33,531 nucleotides of DNA from Thiotrichales bacterium. GTDB taxonomy: Bacteria > Pseudomonadota > Gammaproteobacteria > UWMA-0217. Below the pieces are notes generated by a model. That model had not been told where the DNA came from. It searched no databases and worked only from the letters and a program-made list of their open reading frames with translations. The stretch lies in contig JANTGD010000003.1 of the NCBI GenBank assembly GCA_024763135.1, forward strand, positions 1-33,531, read 5' to 3'. Positions 31,040 to 33,531 of this stretch are shown here, one piece after another; within the stretch, counting starts at the first letter, position 1, and the number at the start of each line of letters is the position of its first letter. The position numbers were made by a program, and so were the translations under genes.

Positions 31040-31411
31040 GAGCTGCCTCATCAGAGCGAAAATCTACCAGCGCATTTGAAATTTTTATGCGTGGGTATTA
31101 TTTAAACGCCAACCCCATAGAACTGTGCGTCCCAACAGCATGTCCTACTTGAATTCGATGTCCTGTCTCCAGTGAAAGCAACAGAACCAGTATCAAGTAG
31201 AGACACTCTGTATTCTTCGGACTAACCCGGTAAAAACAACAGCTAATTACCATGCTGTCAATATAAGTATAGCAAACAGAATCTGAGATTTTTTCTGAAT
31301 TCAATTCAATCGGTATTAGATCAATGAGACGCAATATTTTTAGAGAATCTCTGCTTGCAGTTATACTTTCCGAACTGGAAAAACAGCATTTAATTGACGT
31401 ATTAAAATTGA

Positions 31412-31567
31412 GTGAAAGTAGATCAGGAATTTTCTGCCGGCGATCATCATTGGATGCGTGAGGCACTTGCTCTTACTGAGCAGGTGGCGGCGCAGGGCGA
31501 GGTCCCGGTCGGTGCTGTTTTAGTGCATGAAGGAGAGGTTTTAGGGCGGGGAGCCACTGAAGGATAG
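31412..31567 (+). pseudogene. tadA: 5' fragment of tRNA adenosine(34) deaminase TadA
   Basis: DHHWMREALALTEQVAAQGEVPVGAVLVHEGEVLGRG then a stop inside the IS end. HAE and PCxxC zinc motifs absent. Not in the ORF track. Confidence 0.85.
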
Positions 31568-31810
31568 GAACTTCAACCCCCTTACTCAACCAGAGCCTGA
31601 CAAAATCTCCCGATTCAGGAAACATCATCTTGTCCCGGCACCGAGCCACCATCCCTTCTTAATACCGTATTCTGGCCGGACCAGTCACCCAAGCATCATG
31701 AAAATGCCGTATTACCACGGAAAACCGCAAACAGCGGGCGCAAAATAACCTGCCGGAACGTTGCTTCACTCAGCATTACTGAGAGTGTCCTGGACTTCGT
31801 TACCACCTCA
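31565..31810. repeat. Direct repeat copy 2: isolated IS91/ISCR-like ori-side end, 246 nt
   Basis: Matches 14596-14850. Minus-strand terminus GGGTTGAAGTTCCTATCC. Similarity ends a few codons into the transposase 3' end. Confidence 0.95.
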
Positions 31811-31915
31811 GCCTTGAGCTTGTCGATCACATCCGGGGCAAGCAGGCAGCGCTTGCTGTGTTGGTGAAAATTCAGCCAGCCACAACCGCCAACAGGGAGG
31901 GAATAGAGCGGCGGT

Positions 31916-33217
31916 TTATCGCTCGGTCAGTGGTTGATATTGGCGTCGGGCGTATCCGGTGTAGAGTTGTCGTGGTCGCCCGATGCGTTGTTGAGGGTCG
32001 TTCATCATCTCTGTCCAGTGGGAGACCCAGCCGACTGTTCTGGCGATGGCGAACATTACGGTGAACATGTTTTTGGGAATACCGAGCGCTTCGTAAATAA
32101 TTCCTGAGTAGAAGTCGACATTGGGGTAGAGCTTGCGCTCGATGAAGTAGTCATCTTGCAGGGCGATGTCTTCCAGTCGTTGGGCCAGTTCGAACAAGGG
32201 GTTGTTGTGGTCGCCGAGTTTGGCCAGCACTTTTTTACACAGTTCCCGAACGATTGCGGCTCGCGGGTCGTAGTTTTTATACACCCGATGACCAAACCCC
32301 ATGAGGCGGAAGTGATCCTGTCTGTCTTTGGCTTTGGCGATAAAACGGTCCAGCTGAGCCGGGTCGCCGATTTCTTCGAGCATATTCAGTACGGCTTCGT
32401 TGGCACCGCCGTGTGCGGGCCCCCAGAGTGACGCAATGCCGGCGGCGATGCAGGCAAAGGGATTGGCTTGCGAGCTGCCCGCTAGTCGAACCGTGGAGGT
32501 GCTTGCGTTTTGTTCGTGATCAGCGTGCAGAATAAACAGGGTATCCAGTGCTTCGACCGCCAGCGGGTCGGGTTCATAGTCTTCACAGGGGGTGGCGAAC
32601 ATCATGTGCAGAAGATTGGCGCAGTACGACAGGTCGTTCCGCGGAAAGATCGAGGGCTGGCCGATATTGTGTTTGTAGCAGGCGGCGGCAATGGTAGGCA
32701 TTTTGGCGATTAGCCGATGTGCCGAGATGTCCCGGTGACGGGGGTTTTTGATGTCGAGAGAATCGTGGTAGAACGCAGACAATGAGCCGACGACACCTAC
32801 CATAATCGCCATGGGATGCGCATCGTGATGAAATCCCTCGAAGAAATTATAGAGGGATTTATTGAGCATGGTGTGGTGGGTAATGATGTCGGTGAAATCT
32901 GTCAGTTCACTTACCGATGGCAATTCACCATAGAGCAATAAATAAGCGGTTTCCACAAAGTTGCCGTGTTGTGCAAGTTGCTCGATGGGGTAGCCGCGAT
33001 ATTCGAGAATGCCGGCGTCACCGTCTATAAAAGTAATTTTGCTTTCGCAGCTGGCGGTGGACATAAAGCCCGGATCAAAGGTCAATAGTGACGCTTCCCG
33101 ATACAGTCGGGAAATGTCAACGGCCGGATCTCCCTGCACTGGTCGGCGTTCAGGCAGCGTGATCGATGTTTGTGTCCGATTATTGGTGAGTGTGTAAGCT
33201 TGTTTGTCTGCCTCCAT
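31916..33217 (-). CDS. gltA: Citrate synthase (type II)
   Basis: [74 protein letters not shown]. Confidence 0.98.
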   Translation of the reverse strand: MEADKQAYTLTNNRTQTSITLPERRPVQGDPAVDISRLYREASLLTFDPGFMSTASCESKITFIDGDAGILEYRGYPIEQLAQHGNFVETAYLLLYGELPSVSELTDFTDIITHHTMLNKSLYNFFEGFHHDAHPMAIMVGVVGSLSAFYHDSLDIKNPRHRDISAHRLIAKMPTIAAACYKHNIGQPSIFPRNDLSYCANLLHMMFATPCEDYEPDPLAVEALDTLFILHADHEQNASTSTVRLAGSSQANPFACIAAGIASLWGPAHGGANEAVLNMLEEIGDPAQLDRFIAKAKDRQDHFRLMGFGHRVYKNYDPRAAIVRELCKKVLAKLGDHNNPLFELAQRLEDIALQDDYFIERKLYPNVDFYSGIIYEALGIPKNMFTVMFAIARTVGWVSHWTEMMNDPQQRIGRPRQLYTGYARRQYQPLTER

Positions 33218-33392
33218 GTGGCTATTCCTCGCTGTATCAGTGTTGCGTAGGCGATCTCTGCGGGTTGACGGGGCGGATCGTTGGCATGGCGTATCGATGA
33301 CAGAGTCATACCTGTTAAATCAGAGTATAGATCACTGCATGCGTAACTGGCCCCTGCAAGCAGCTGTCGCAAACCTGCAGCGCTGCGTGCTT

Positions 33393-33442
33393 TGTACTAG
33401 TACCTCGTCAATATCATGTTGACGAGACGAGGTACTAGTACA
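33393..33442. repeat. Perfect 17-bp inverted repeat with self-palindromic arms
   Basis: TGTACTAGTACCTCGTC (33393-33409) and GACGAGGTACTAGTACA (33426-33442) with a 16-nt spacer. Confidence 0.9.
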
Positions 33443-33531
33443 CCGACAAGTCCAAACTGTCTATATCAGCGCAAACCCACGCGTACAGAACAAGGCATTG
33501 TTGCGAAGCCATGGTTGTTCCATGTCGAGCA

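Noticed and set aside
23775-31079. Numerous 60-150 aa plus-strand ORFs opposite the efflux operon
   Set aside because: Antisense shadows of GC-rich coding sequence.
31098-31466. 122-aa minus-strand ORF in AT-rich DNA
   Set aside because: Overlaps the tadA fragment on the opposite strand and has no motif; more likely promoter region plus decayed DNA.

Overview
Gammaproteobacterial chromosomal segment in three parts. (1) 1-14406 is mostly conserved core: a 5'-truncated spermidine-synthase-like methyltransferase, Rieske ferredoxin, 2OG-Fe(II) oxygenase, alpha/beta hydrolase, then yebC-ruvCAB-ybgC-tolQRAB-pal-cpoB-queE-queC, a YeeE/YedE sulfur-transport-family gene and tRNA-Lys(UUU). (2) About 14410-31810 is an accessory island directly 3' of tRNA-Lys. 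It is bracketed by two directly repeated ~250-bp ends of an IS91/ISCR-like rolling-circle element, both with an oriIS-like terminus. The left end continues into a dead transposase, and the right end abuts a truncated tadA fragment. The cargo is two intact, convergent ABC-type efflux operons separated by ~2 kb of decayed genes and a toxin-first PIN/Phd toxin-antitoxin pair. The second operon has a TolC-family channel fused to an N-terminal periplasmic substrate-binding domain, followed by YhiI-RbbA-YhhJ homologues and a Ste14-type membrane methyltransferase. (3) 31916-33531 holds citrate synthase gltA and a nested inverted repeat upstream of it. All calls come from reading motifs by eye; no searches were run.
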